NCBI RefSeq assembly: GCF_000007225.1
Contig: NC_003364.1
Coordinates: forward strand, 2,040,001-2,072,000
DNA length: 32,000 bases
Direction: 5' to 3'
From: Pyrobaculum aerophilum str. IM2
Lineage (GTDB): Archaea > Thermoproteota > Thermoprotei > Thermoproteales > Thermoproteaceae
Shown here one piece after another: positions 18,001 to 26,601 of the stretch; the stretch's first letter is position 1, and each line of letters begins with the position of its first letter. A model generated the notes under the pieces. It ran no database searches. It was not told where the DNA came from and worked only from the letters and a program-made list of their open reading frames with translations. The translations under genes and the position numbers were made by a program.

Positions 18001-18144
18001 TTACTTCTTCTTTTTCCGCTCTCCCTCCTTCTCTTCTTTTTTCTTCTTCTTTTTCTCTTCCTCCTCCTCCTCTGTGGCTATGCCGAGTTTTTTCGCCTCT
18101 TCCTCGCTGGTCATGAAAAGCGATGTCCTCTGTCGACCGCCCAT
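18001..18144 (-). CDS. small E/K-rich protein (47 aa), unannotated in the ORF track
   Basis: The ORF reads MGGRQRTSLFMTSEEEAKKLGIATEEEEEEKKKKKKEEKEGERKKKK*. ATTTTAAAAACC lies 19-30 nt upstream of the ATG. Its TAA (18003-18001) is immediately followed by the GTG of the SPOUT gene. The 107-aa track ORF 17897-18220 is an alternative frame that overlaps the SPOUT gene. Confidence 0.4.
   Translation of the reverse strand: MGGRQRTSLFMTSEEEAKKLGIATEEEEEEKKKKKKEEKEGERKKKK
18019..18073. repeat. 55-nt uninterrupted homopyrimidine(+)/homopurine(-) tract
   Basis: Direct reading shows only C/T on the plus strand from 18019 to 18073. Extended to 18004-18073 there is a single G at 18018. Confidence 0.9.
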
Positions 18145-18162
18145 GGCTGTATTTAAAATTCC

Positions 18163-18174
18163 GGTTTTTAAAAT
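18163..18174 (-). promoter_or_regulatory. TATA box for the small ORF/SPOUT unit
   Basis: Minus strand ATTTTAAAAACC lies 19-30 nt upstream of ATG 18144. Confidence 0.4.
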
Positions 18175-18398
18175 CTACTGCCCGAGGACTAAGCTGGCTT
18201 CCCCCTTCTTCGCTGGTCAATGGCGTCTTTCAGCGCCTTGAAGCGGCTAGCTGATCAGCGAAGAGAGCTATTCTCCCCCTTTCCGCGCCCTTTCCCGTCA
18301 GTGTCTTCAACACTGCGGCCTCTACCACGTCTTTAACCGTTGGCCGTGCTATTCCGATATAGTACTACTCAGCAAGTTAGGAGTGCCGCGGGAGTCCC

Positions 18399-19778
18399 TC
18401 ACTCAAGAATCTGTCTCAATCCTGGATACATCTCGAGCATTTGTTCGCGCATTACCAGTGCGTAGTATTGTAAAGCAATTTCTACAAGTAGGATAAGTCC
18501 AGTGCCGCCGCCCCATACGCCTAGGATATTGCCAAGAGCTGCGAATGAACCAGCTATAAAGCCGCTTATAATAGTCAACGCATTAATAGGCCTTTCCAGA
18601 ATTTTTGCCAGTATCTTTTCGCTCTGTCTAAAACCGGGCACGTGTAGCTGGGACCGGGCGAACTGCCTAGCCTGATCTTCGGCGCTTAGTCCAGCCAGCT
18701 GTACCCACACCCAGGCGAAGGCTATAGCGAGGGCCACGTAAATTAAATAGTGTAGTACCAATGCGGGAACGTTAGAGAAATCTCTGTGCAGTGGGAAAAT
18801 TATCATTAAAATTGCCTCTATGACAGGATTTTGCTGGAAAGGTGAAAGCAACTGGCCCACTAGTAACAACGAATATGTAGTGAATATAATAGGTAACACT
18901 GATACATACACAAATCTCAATGGTATTGTGAACTTAATACCTCTATACTGCCCCGCCGTCACTGGTATGTTTACTTTCATCATCTCCAAGTAGAGAATTA
19001 TATAGGCTAATAGCAAAGTGGAAATAAGGCCTATGAAATCCGGGAGGTAGGTAGGTGTTTGTTGTCCTTTCAGCCATACCTCGCGGTTAATTAATCCCAT
19101 AATCGATGCGGCGTTGCCGTGTGCAAATAAATCATACAACGCGGCCCCTAGCGCCGGGATGAGGCCGACAATATGCCTCTGGTCGGCGTTGTCTACTGCG
19201 ACGTCCCATGAGAAAAGGCTGAGGAATATTTGTTTAGAAACGCTGAGAAATATAATTAAACTAATTGCACTGCCAATGCCCCATCCTTTTGACATTAAGT
19301 CATCAAGTAGTATTATAATTACTGTGGCTATTAATAGCTGTAATACAATCAAAAGGCCGCCTAGAGGAGTGACAGGTCCGAACTGACCGCTGAGCACATA
19401 AGCAACGGCCTCAACTGCTGCTATGCCCAACGCAGTCCATTTCAAAAGCAAAGTGAATTTTAAACGGTCCTCCCGTTTGTTTAAGTCTAGGTTTAATATG
19501 CCGGAGAAGGCGAAAACCTCTAATAGAATTCCGGCGATTACTATAGGGCCAATGCCTAGGTGGGCCAAGGTGCCATACGCAGTCCCAAAGATTATTGATA
19601 AAAGCTGTTGGAGCGGTTGAGTCCCCTGCTGTGTAGTATGTTGAACGCCGTAAAGCGGCGTGATTGTCATCATGATATATACAATTGCTACTACTGCAGT
19701 CCAGAATAGCCTTTTTGAAAGGGGAAGGCGGCGGGGTGGCCTGGAAACAGTAGGTATTAAAGTTAAGAAATTCATCAT
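18399..19778 (-). CDS. secY: preprotein translocase subunit SecY
   Basis: 459-aa protein with a 10-TM-like profile and a typical SecY N-terminus (...[26 protein letters not shown]). ATGA overlap with the uL15 stop. Confidence 0.95.
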   Translation of the reverse strand: MMNFLTLIPTVSRPPRRLPLSKRLFWTAVVAIVYIMMTITPLYGVQHTTQQGTQPLQQLLSIIFGTAYGTLAHLGIGPIVIAGILLEVFAFSGILNLDLNKREDRLKFTLLLKWTALGIAAVEAVAYVLSGQFGPVTPLGGLLIVLQLLIATVIIILLDDLMSKGWGIGSAISLIIFLSVSKQIFLSLFSWDVAVDNADQRHIVGLIPALGAALYDLFAHGNAASIMGLINREVWLKGQQTPTYLPDFIGLISTLLLAYIILYLEMMKVNIPVTAGQYRGIKFTIPLRFVYVSVLPIIFTTYSLLLVGQLLSPFQQNPVIEAILMIIFPLHRDFSNVPALVLHYLIYVALAIAFAWVWVQLAGLSAEDQARQFARSQLHVPGFRQSEKILAKILERPINALTIISGFIAGSFAALGNILGVWGGGTGLILLVEIALQYYALVMREQMLEMYPGLRQILE

Positions 19779-20245
19779 CTATGTATTACATGTATGATCC
19801 GGACCTCTCCCCCAGCCTTTTCAATTTTCTCTACCGCTGTTCTGCTCGCAATAGGGGTATATACAATCACCGGCAAGTCTATTGTCCCGCCCCCCAAGAG
19901 CTTATTAAAGCCCAGTTCCAACAGGTTTATTACATACTTACCCCCCTCCTCTCTCACTTTTCCTTCTGCTTTCAACTCTTTTACCAGCTCTGCAAGTGTG
20001 CCTACATTTATAGGCCTCCATTCAATTGATATTGGAGGCGGCTGTTTAAAGCCGTGTTTGCCGTAAAACGGCCAGCCTGTGCCGCTTTCTCCGTATTTCA
20101 TTACAAGAGACCATTTATGTTTATGAAAGCCCACCATGCCCTTGCCTCCCGATCCCCCGCTCTTCCTATGTTGCCCAACTCTGCCCCACCCATGGGTGCG
20201 ACTCCCCCGTCTGTACTTAGTGCCGCGTTTAAAGCGACGGACCAT
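19775..20245 (-). CDS. rpl15: 50S ribosomal protein L15 (uL15)
   Basis: [39 protein letters not shown] is the canonical uL15 N-terminus. ATG 20245 is preferred over the upstream GTG 20260 because a TATA box lies 22-35 nt upstream. Confidence 0.9.
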   Translation of the reverse strand: MVRRFKRGTKYRRGSRTHGWGRVGQHRKSGGSGGKGMVGFHKHKWSLVMKYGESGTGWPFYGKHGFKQPPPISIEWRPINVGTLAELVKELKAEGKVREEGGKYVINLLELGFNKLLGGGTIDLPVIVYTPIASRTAVEKIEKAGGEVRIIHVIHR

Positions 20246-20266
20246 ACTAAGCCGCAACACCGTGTT

Positions 20267-20280
20267 AGATTTAAATTTTT
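20267..20280 (-). promoter_or_regulatory. TATA box for rpl15-secY
   Basis: Minus strand AAAAATTTAAATCT sits directly after the ROK kinase stop codon. Confidence 0.5.
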
Positions 20281-21171
20281 CTATCTAGGGTAGCCGAATT
20301 TCTTCAAACTTTCTGGTACTCTGTACGCCAAGGCCGCGGCGCCTATTGCCACCTCGTCGTCGCCGAAAGAGGCTTGAGTAATAGCCGGCGGCCTCACGCC
20401 GAGGTACTTCTTTAGACGTATGGGCAAATCTCTAGATATAATATCCCAGTTATTAAGCCCTATGGATCCCCCTATTATTAACAGCTCTGGATCATAGGCG
20501 GCAATTACAGTGGCAATGCCGGCGGCTAAAGCGTCAAGCCACAAGTCGATAAACTGCCGCGCTTTAAAATCCCCATCTCTATATCTTTTAAAAACCTCAG
20601 CGGCGTCATTAAGCGCCTCGCCCGTCAGCTCTTGAAACCACTTGGGTATATTCGCCCCTCCCACATACGCCTCAAAGTGGCCAAAACCACCGCATCCACA
20701 TTGGCGGCTAGAGCGGAAGTCTATAACTGCGTGTCCGAGCTCGTGGGCATTTCCATCTTTGCCCAATAATAAAGTCCCGTTTACAATAGCCCCAATCCCC
20801 ACTCCCGTTGACAACGTGACGTAAACTAAGTTTTCCACACGGTGTTTAAAGACGTACTCTCCCCACACCGCCGCAACGCAGTCGTTTGCCACCACTACGG
20901 GTTTGCCGAATTTTTTCAGCGGCTCCACTAAGGGGAATTGCCTAGAGGGCGAATTGGGCGAGTTAACTACCCGTCCGCTTCTTAAATCCATAGGCCCAAT
21001 TGACCCGACGCCAATACTGTCAAAACTCCATTTTTCCACAGCCACCGCCACATCGGCCAGCGGATTAACCCCAGTTCTGATTTTTAATCTTTTAAAAACC
21101 TGGAGATTTTCATCTATTAAAATCGCCCTAGTCCAGGTGGCCCCTACGTCAATTCCGAGGTACAAGGTCAT
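20281..21171 (-). CDS. ROK-family ATP-dependent glucokinase/hexokinase
   Basis: N-terminal [12 protein letters not shown] matches the ATP-binding DxGxT motif, with the ROK signature and a Cys/His zinc motif (HAVID...[12 protein letters not shown]). Confidence 0.85.
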   Translation of the reverse strand: MTLYLGIDVGATWTRAILIDENLQVFKRLKIRTGVNPLADVAVAVEKWSFDSIGVGSIGPMDLRSGRVVNSPNSPSRQFPLVEPLKKFGKPVVVANDCVAAVWGEYVFKHRVENLVYVTLSTGVGIGAIVNGTLLLGKDGNAHELGHAVIDFRSSRQCGCGGFGHFEAYVGGANIPKWFQELTGEALNDAAEVFKRYRDGDFKARQFIDLWLDALAAGIATVIAAYDPELLIIGGSIGLNNWDIISRDLPIRLKKYLGVRPPAITQASFGDDEVAIGAAALAYRVPESLKKFGYPR

Positions 21172-21243
21172 GTAATATACATAACCGGCAATTAAATCTC
21201 TAACGCAACTATATAGATCTACATTTATACTATGTAAATTAAA

Positions 21244-21254
21244 ATTTTTAAATT
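21244..21254 (+). promoter_or_regulatory. TATA box for gdhA
   Basis: ATTTTTAAATT lies 18-28 nt upstream of ATG 21272. Confidence 0.5.
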
Positions 21255-21271
21255 AAGAAAATGTACTTTCC

Positions 21272-22555
21272 ATGGCCCATATAAGTGGGGTTTATATCAA
21301 CAGCGCATTTCTTGAAAATACGTTATATACAATAAAACGTGGAATTGAACTATCAGGTTTGCCTGTGGAATTCTACGAGATCATCACAAAGCCTAAAAGA
21401 ATACACATTGTGTATATCCCTGTTAAAATGGACAGCGGCAGAATTGAAGTGTTTGAGGGCTATAGAGTTCAGCATAATGACGCCCTCGGGCCTTTTAAAG
21501 GCGGAATTCGTTTTCACCCGGAGGTCACTCTAGCTGACGACGTCGCCTTGGCTATTCTCATGACGCTTAAAAACAGCCTCGCGGGCTTGCCCTACGGCGG
21601 GGCTAAGGGCGCGGTTAGAGTAGACCCCAAGAGGCTCTCCCAGAGAGAGCTCGAGGAGTTAAGCCGGGGCTACGCCAGGGCAATCGCCCCGCTAATAGGC
21701 GATTTGGTGGACATACCGGCGCCAGACGTGGGGACTAACTCGCAGATAATGGCCTGGATGGTAGACGAGTATTCAAAAATAGCGGGGAGAAACGCCCCCG
21801 CCGTGTTCACCTCAAAGCCGCCGGAGCTTTGGGGAAACCCAGTGAGGGAATACGCCACGGGCTTTGGAGTGGCAGTTGTCGCTAGAGAAATGGCCAAAAG
21901 GCTGTGGGACGGAATAGAGGGGAAGACAGTGGCTGTACAAGGCTTAGGCAATGTGGGCAGGTGGACGGCGTATTGGCTGGCAAAACTCGGCGCCAAGGTT
22001 GTAGCCGTATCGGATATAAACGGCGTGGCGTATAAAAAAGAGGGGTTGAATGTAGATATTATCGCTAATAATAGAGGACTCGGCGGCCCCGCCCTACTAG
22101 AGGCGTTTGTCTCTAAAGACGGGGCTCAATATGTGAAAGATCCAGACGCTATACTCGCTGTTGATGTGGATATTTTCATTCCAGCGGCTATTGAGAACGT
22201 GATTAGAAGCGACAACGCCGGCCGAGTTAAGGCTAGGCTTGTGGTTGAGGGCGCTAACGGCCCGACAACGCCAGAGGCCGAGCGGGTTTTATACCAGAGG
22301 GGAGTTGTAGTAGTGCCCGACATATTGGCCAACGCAGGCGGCGTGATTATGTCTTATTTAGAGTGGGTGGAAAACCTCCAGTGGCTCTCGTGGGACGAGG
22401 AGGAGACTAGGAAGAGACTAGAGGCAATAATGGTTAACAACGTGGCGAGAGTATACCAGAGGTGGCAAAAAGAAAAATGGACAATGAGAGACGCGGCAAT
22501 AGTCACGGCGCTGGAGAGAATATACAAGGCAATGAAATTAAGAGGGTGGATTTAA
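21272..22555 (+). CDS. gdhA: glutamate dehydrogenase
   Basis: Contains [11 protein letters not shown] and [11 protein letters not shown] (catalytic Lys region), plus a Rossmann GLGNVG motif. Confidence 0.95.
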   Translation: MAHISGVYINSAFLENTLYTIKRGIELSGLPVEFYEIITKPKRIHIVYIPVKMDSGRIEVFEGYRVQHNDALGPFKGGIRFHPEVTLADDVALAILMTLKNSLAGLPYGGAKGAVRVDPKRLSQRELEELSRGYARAIAPLIGDLVDIPAPDVGTNSQIMAWMVDEYSKIAGRNAPAVFTSKPPELWGNPVREYATGFGVAVVAREMAKRLWDGIEGKTVAVQGLGNVGRWTAYWLAKLGAKVVAVSDINGVAYKKEGLNVDIIANNRGLGGPALLEAFVSKDGAQYVKDPDAILAVDVDIFIPAAIENVIRSDNAGRVKARLVVEGANGPTTPEAERVLYQRGVVVVPDILANAGGVIMSYLEWVENLQWLSWDEEETRKRLEAIMVNNVARVYQRWQKEKWTMRDAAIVTALERIYKAMKLRGWI

Positions 22556-22590
22556 TATTTCCATTTTTAAACTGTTTTCTGTTATTTCAA
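22556..22590 (+). terminator. oligo-T termination region after gdhA
   Basis: T5 (22563-22567) and T4 (22574-22577) runs lie directly after the stop, in a convergent gap. Confidence 0.3.
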
Positions 22591-22650
22591 TAATTGTATT
22601 ATTAGGTATCGGCTCCCACGGCCCCTCGTCAAGAGGCTCTGAAGTTATTA

Positions 22651-23246
22651 TCACTTTTCCATTGTCTCGTCGGAGAACTGGTATAAATGGGGATCTTCAT
22701 AGGCTCTATAGGTAACGAAATATGTAGTTAAGTTCTCAAGATTAACTACGGCGAAGTTAATAAGGGGCTCCTCGGGATCTATGTAATCTCTTGTTAATAA
22801 CACTGCTTTACGTATAGACTCCTTATCGCCTCCTAGTTTTACAATAATTTTTAAGAATAATTCTGTATCCGTGGAACCTCCTATTGTAGGATTTACGTCG
22901 AGATTTTTAGCCACTTCAGCCAGTTTCCTCTTGTTAAATGTGCCGTTGTGTACTATGGCGTATGGGCCGTAAATTATGGGATGCGTATTAGAAAGCGAGA
23001 CTCCCCCCACAGATGCCAGCCGGGAGTGTATAAGGTAAAGATCATATCCCTTGGGCAGATTGATCTCGTCCTCCCATATCGCTTTAACCGATTTGTACAC
23101 CCCGTAGTGGCCGCGCCGGGCGTATAATACGCCCCAGCCTGATCCGTGGCTCCATCCCTTTGTTCTGTCTTTTTTGAAACTGTAATAAAAGCTGAGATAA
23201 TGTCTTGCGGGGGATCTCCCCCGCGGAGGAAAAGAATTCTACACAT
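22651..23246 (-). pseudogene. class-II (Ntn) glutamine amidotransferase, interrupted by a -1 frameshift at an A-AAA-AAG heptamer (pseudogene, sequencing error or recoding)
   Basis: The ATG at 23246 overlaps the glnA stop (TAATG) and opens MCRILFLRGG...ITVSKK. The fold continues in the -1 frame as DRTKGWSHGSGWGVLY...HSRLAS..SNTHP..AIVHNGTF down to 22651. The track shows the two pieces as 22974-23279 and 22651-23100. Confidence 0.8.
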
Positions 23247-24541
23247 TAGGCTTCTTCTAAGTATTTTTCGTATTCCCATTTAGTTATTTTATTCCATGTG
23301 GTTTCCCAGCTTCCCTCGGCCGTTATGTACTCTTCCCACTCCCTCTCTTTTAGCCTTAAGTAGGCCTCTAGGAATTGCCCGGGTAGCGGCGTGCCGTCTC
23401 TGGCCATTTTAAGGGCCTCGCCTAAATTGGGGGGAGTCTCCCTGGCCTCTTCCAGCTCATACGCCACTTCGGCCACTGGGGGCGGGGGCTCTCTCTTTTT
23501 TTCAATTCCCGCTAGGGCTGAGAGGATAATTACTGCAAAGGCCAAGTAGGGATTTGCAGAGGGGTCTGGGTGTCTGTACTCAAGCCTATTTATCCTCCCG
23601 CCGTAGTAGGGAATTCTGACCATGACAGAGCGGTTTCCAAGTCCCCACACAACTCTCGTGGGGGCCTCGTGGTGTGGGACGAGCCTTTTGTAGCTGTTCA
23701 CAGTGGGCGCGACGAAGGCGCTGTTGCGCAAGGCGTTTTCTAAAACCCCCGCCACTGCCCACTTGAGCTCTTGCGTCGGCTCGCCTCTAGAGGCGAAGAG
23801 ATTAACGCCGTCTTTCCAAAAACTGACGTGTACGTGCATGCCAGAGCCGTTAACTCCCCAGAAGGGCTTCGGCATGAAAGTGGCGGTGAGGCCCCTCCTC
23901 TTGGCCACGGCCTTTGCCATTATTTTAAAGACTAGGATCTGGTCGGCCACTTGCACTGGGTCTCCCGCCGGGATGTTCACCTCGTACTGGCCCGGGGCGA
24001 CTTCGTGATGCGTCTTAGATAGGCCAATGCCAGAGGCCTCTAAATGGCCTAGGATTTCCTCAACCGCCGCGTAGGAATCCCCGTGGAGATAGCCGTCGAA
24101 ATAAACGCCGCTGTCCGCAGGGGCTGGCGGAACGCCTCTCACTAGAAAGAACTCCACCTCAGCCCCCACCACTGGCGCATACCCTCTAGACTTGGCGTAG
24201 TCCGCCGCCTGTCTTAACACGTTTCTCGGGTCCATTGGGTGGGGCTTGCCGCCGTCCACAGTGTTTGTAAAGACTATGGCAGTCTTCCCCCCGTTCCAGC
24301 TCTCCACGTATACTGCGTTTAAATCGGGGACGGCCACTAAATCGCTTTTATTCACAGTGGTATAAGCCGGTATAGAAGAGCCGTCGTAAGCAACGCCGTC
24401 TAAAAAGGCCTCTCTAGCCGCCTCTATTGGCAAGACCTCAGCCCTAGGCCTGCCGAATATATCCACAACGATAAACTTCACTAACTTAACCCCAGCCCCT
24501 CTCAACACCCTCCAAACAGCCAAACCATCTGGCATAGCCAC
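23246..24541 (-). CDS. glnA: glutamine synthetase, type I
   Basis: Typical GS-I sequence (FVVDIFG..., ...HHEVAPGQYE..., NGSGMHVHVS, ...NSYKRLVP...). Start is GTG 24541 or ATG 24535 (MPDG...). Confidence 0.95.
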   Translation of the reverse strand: MAMPDGLAVWRVLRGAGVKLVKFIVVDIFGRPRAEVLPIEAAREAFLDGVAYDGSSIPAYTTVNKSDLVAVPDLNAVYVESWNGGKTAIVFTNTVDGGKPHPMDPRNVLRQAADYAKSRGYAPVVGAEVEFFLVRGVPPAPADSGVYFDGYLHGDSYAAVEEILGHLEASGIGLSKTHHEVAPGQYEVNIPAGDPVQVADQILVFKIMAKAVAKRRGLTATFMPKPFWGVNGSGMHVHVSFWKDGVNLFASRGEPTQELKWAVAGVLENALRNSAFVAPTVNSYKRLVPHHEAPTRVVWGLGNRSVMVRIPYYGGRINRLEYRHPDPSANPYLAFAVIILSALAGIEKKREPPPPVAEVAYELEEARETPPNLGEALKMARDGTPLPGQFLEAYLRLKEREWEEYITAEGSWETTWNKITKWEYEKYLEEA

Positions 24542-24554
24542 AGTATCTACGAGG

Positions 24555-24566
24555 TTTAAAAATTAA
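24555..24566 (-). promoter_or_regulatory. TATA box for glnA
   Basis: Minus strand TTAATTTTTAAA lies 20-31 nt upstream of ATG 24535. Confidence 0.5.
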
Positions 24567-24835
24567 TCGAAAAAAATATTCTATATAGCACTCCAACGTC
24601 TCAAAACTTTGTACCATAATATCAGGGTAATAAAAAAGCAAATACAAGGAATATAGGGGTTTTTAGGTATAAAGAGAAAGCGGTCGTAGGGAGGTTTTTA
24701 TCAAATCATTGTGAATATTATATAAATTAACATAGAGGTTGGCTACATGATTTTTACAACAGAACTTTTAGCTTTTAAAATATTACTCATTTTGTGTAGG
24801 AGTGGAAAATTTTCTAATTTATCAGTCTCTCTAAC

Positions 24836-24862
24836 TTAATATATAGTGCATAGGTTTAAATA
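24836..24862 (+). promoter_or_regulatory. two TATA-like boxes upstream of the glutamate synthase genes
   Basis: TTAATATATA (24836-24845) lies 17-26 nt before ATG 24862. TTTAAATA (24855-24862) lies 21-28 nt before in-frame GTG 24883. Confidence 0.45.
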
Positions 24863-26601
24863 TGGAGTTTGTTTGCTATGCTGTGTGCGGCATATTTGGC
24901 ATATATAGTCTTGGCGGGGAGAATATATACGCCGGTACTATACTAGAGGGCCTAGTTGCCATGAGAGAGCGGGGAACGCCTCACGGCGCAGGCGTGGCGC
25001 TTTATAGGGACTGGGGCCGTGAAGTTATCAAATTTTTTTCGCATAAACCAGTTTCGCATAACGTCCCCCTCCCTGGCGGGATATATGATAACATAGTTGA
25101 ACACGTGGAAAAGGTACCCGACGACGCCTTTATCTATATGCGTAGCAGATGGCTCGATGTTTATAAAATTGTAGGCTGGCCTGACGATATTATCAAGATT
25201 TACGATATTAGCCAGTTGAAAAGTCCCGTATGGATAGGGCATACAAGATATCCCACAAATAGCCCCGGCTGGTATCCCTATCAGTCTCACCCCTTCTCAG
25301 TGGGCGACGTGGCCATTGTGCACAACGGCGACTTAAGCTCCTACGGTTCTAATGTAAACCTCTTGAAATACAAATTTGGCTATTCTAAATTCAGCGGTAC
25401 TGACAGCGAAGTAATAGCACATCTCCTATGGGAGTTGTATAAAGCGTACGGCGTTGAAGACGCGGTGTTAGAGCTTCTTTACGGCAGGAGGGAGAGGTGG
25501 GCCAGGCTCGACGGGCCATATGCCGTGGCGTTTATAATTGGGGGGCCGCGCCCTGTCTTTGGAGCTTTTGTAGACACGCAACACTTCAGACCGCTTTATG
25601 TGGGTTTAGACGGGAGGAATTTGTACATCGCCAGTGAGGCCATGGCCATAAAGAGCGTGGCGAAAGACGCCGAGGTTTGGGCTATGAGAAGCGGAGAATA
25701 CATCCTCGCGGAAGGCGGCGAGATCTGGGGGAATTATAAGAAAAGGAACGTTAGCTTATTGACGCCGCCTCCGCCCTCTGATGTCCTCGATGCTTCCAAT
25801 TACGGCGTGATAGAACTTGCCGATATTGTGAGAAAAGAGCTGGAGAGGCGCGATGTTGTAAATGTGGTGAATGTTATGGGTCATCGCTACTTGGGCAACG
25901 GGATGTACAGGGGAGTTCTCAACGCGTGGGGAGTGGTGGGAAATGCCTCTGCTAACGTAATGAGCGGGGGGGTGTTTAACATCTACGGCGACGCTCAAGA
26001 CGATCTCGGCGACGCTATGAACGATGGAGTTATAGCTGTATATGGCAGTGTTGGAGACGCTGTTGGCCAGGCTAAGAGGGGTGGGGAGATTTACATATAC
26101 GGCAACGCGGGGACTAGAGCTGCTATACAACACAGAGGGGGAGTTCTCGTAATAGGCGGCTCTGCGGGGGACTACCTCGGGGAGTACATGGGAGGCGGCG
26201 TGGTGATAGTTTTGAGAAAGACGTGGGATGAGGAAATTGGTTGGAAAATTGGGAGCGGAATGGTCGGCGGAGTGATTTTTATCAGAGGCGAGGTGCCGAG
26301 GGAAAAAATCGGCTATGGGTTTGACTTAAAAAGGCTTAGGAGATATTTAGAATTATTATATAGAGAGGGCGAAATTAGCAGAGAATTTTACGAAAGCGCA
26401 GCTAAAAATCCCGAACTCGTCGCGAAATTAGACGGCCGCGCTGAGCTTTTCGCCATTACTCACCATGTGGAGATAAGAGAATTATCTGAAGAAGAGGAGT
26501 CGCTTCTAAAACCCTATATCACAAGATTTAATAATTTGTTTAATACGGACATTAAGATAAGTGGAGAGACTTTCACTATTATAAAACCGTTGAAAATATG
26601 A
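24862..26601 (+). CDS. glutamate synthase-like fusion: class-II amidotransferase domain + GXGXG (GltB C-terminal beta-helix) domain
   Basis: N-terminal ...VCGIFGIY, HTRYPTN and VHNGDL are Ntn amidotransferase motifs. Residues of about 330-470 carry repeated G-x-G-x-G units (YGDAQDDLGDAMNDGVIAVYGSVGDAVGQAKRGGEIYIYGNAG...). ATGA overlap with the next gene. The true start may be GTG 24883 (M-C-G-I-F-G). Confidence 0.85.
   Translation: MEFVCYAVCGIFGIYSLGGENIYAGTILEGLVAMRERGTPHGAGVALYRDWGREVIKFFSHKPVSHNVPLPGGIYDNIVEHVEKVPDDAFIYMRSRWLDVYKIVGWPDDIIKIYDISQLKSPVWIGHTRYPTNSPGWYPYQSHPFSVGDVAIVHNGDLSSYGSNVNLLKYKFGYSKFSGTDSEVIAHLLWELYKAYGVEDAVLELLYGRRERWARLDGPYAVAFIIGGPRPVFGAFVDTQHFRPLYVGLDGRNLYIASEAMAIKSVAKDAEVWAMRSGEYILAEGGEIWGNYKKRNVSLLTPPPPSDVLDASNYGVIELADIVRKELERRDVVNVVNVMGHRYLGNGMYRGVLNAWGVVGNASANVMSGGVFNIYGDAQDDLGDAMNDGVIAVYGSVGDAVGQAKRGGEIYIYGNAGTRAAIQHRGGVLVIGGSAGDYLGEYMGGGVVIVLRKTWDEEIGWKIGSGMVGGVIFIRGEVPREKIGYGFDLKRLRRYLELLYREGEISREFYESAAKNPELVAKLDGRAELFAITHHVEIRELSEEEESLLKPYITRFNNLFNTDIKISGETFTIIKPLKI

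Noticed and set aside
17897-18220. 107-aa track ORF (MTSEEGGSQ...RGGGGREKEEEKRREGG...).
   Set aside because: It overlaps the SPOUT gene start by about 100 nt and reads the homopurine tract in a frame giving an R/G/E repeat. The 47-codon frame with a TATA-spaced ATG and clean stop/start abutment is more plausible.
18096-18222. Imperfect direct repeat cttc(c/t)tcgctggtca at 18098-18112 and 18205-18219.
   Set aside because: Only 15 nt with one mismatch. This is compatible with chance or with the similar MTSEE-coding starts, and there is no further repeat structure.
18221-18398. Spacer between secY and the small ORF. The minus strand has an open 43-codon stretch (YYIGIARPTVKDVVEAAVLKTLTGKGAERGRIALFADQLAASRR*) and the plus strand a 38-codon ATG ORF.
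   Set aside because: The minus-strand stretch has no start codon, both strands are open, and no motif is recognisable. It may be a gene relic, but that is not supportable from sequence alone.
19668-19778. ATGATGA C-box-like strings on the minus strand at the secY start (19778) and at 19674.
   Set aside because: Both are Met-Met codons within secY coding sequence, and no D box follows at guide spacing.
24747-24839. 30-codon hydrophobic ORF (MIFTTELLAFKILLILCRSGKFSNLSVSLT) in the glnA/glutamate synthase spacer, considered as a possible leader peptide.
   Set aside because: It has no correctly spaced promoter of its own, and a T-rich spacer naturally yields F/L/I codons. It overlaps the TATA boxes assigned to the glutamate synthase gene. 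I kept it only as a note.
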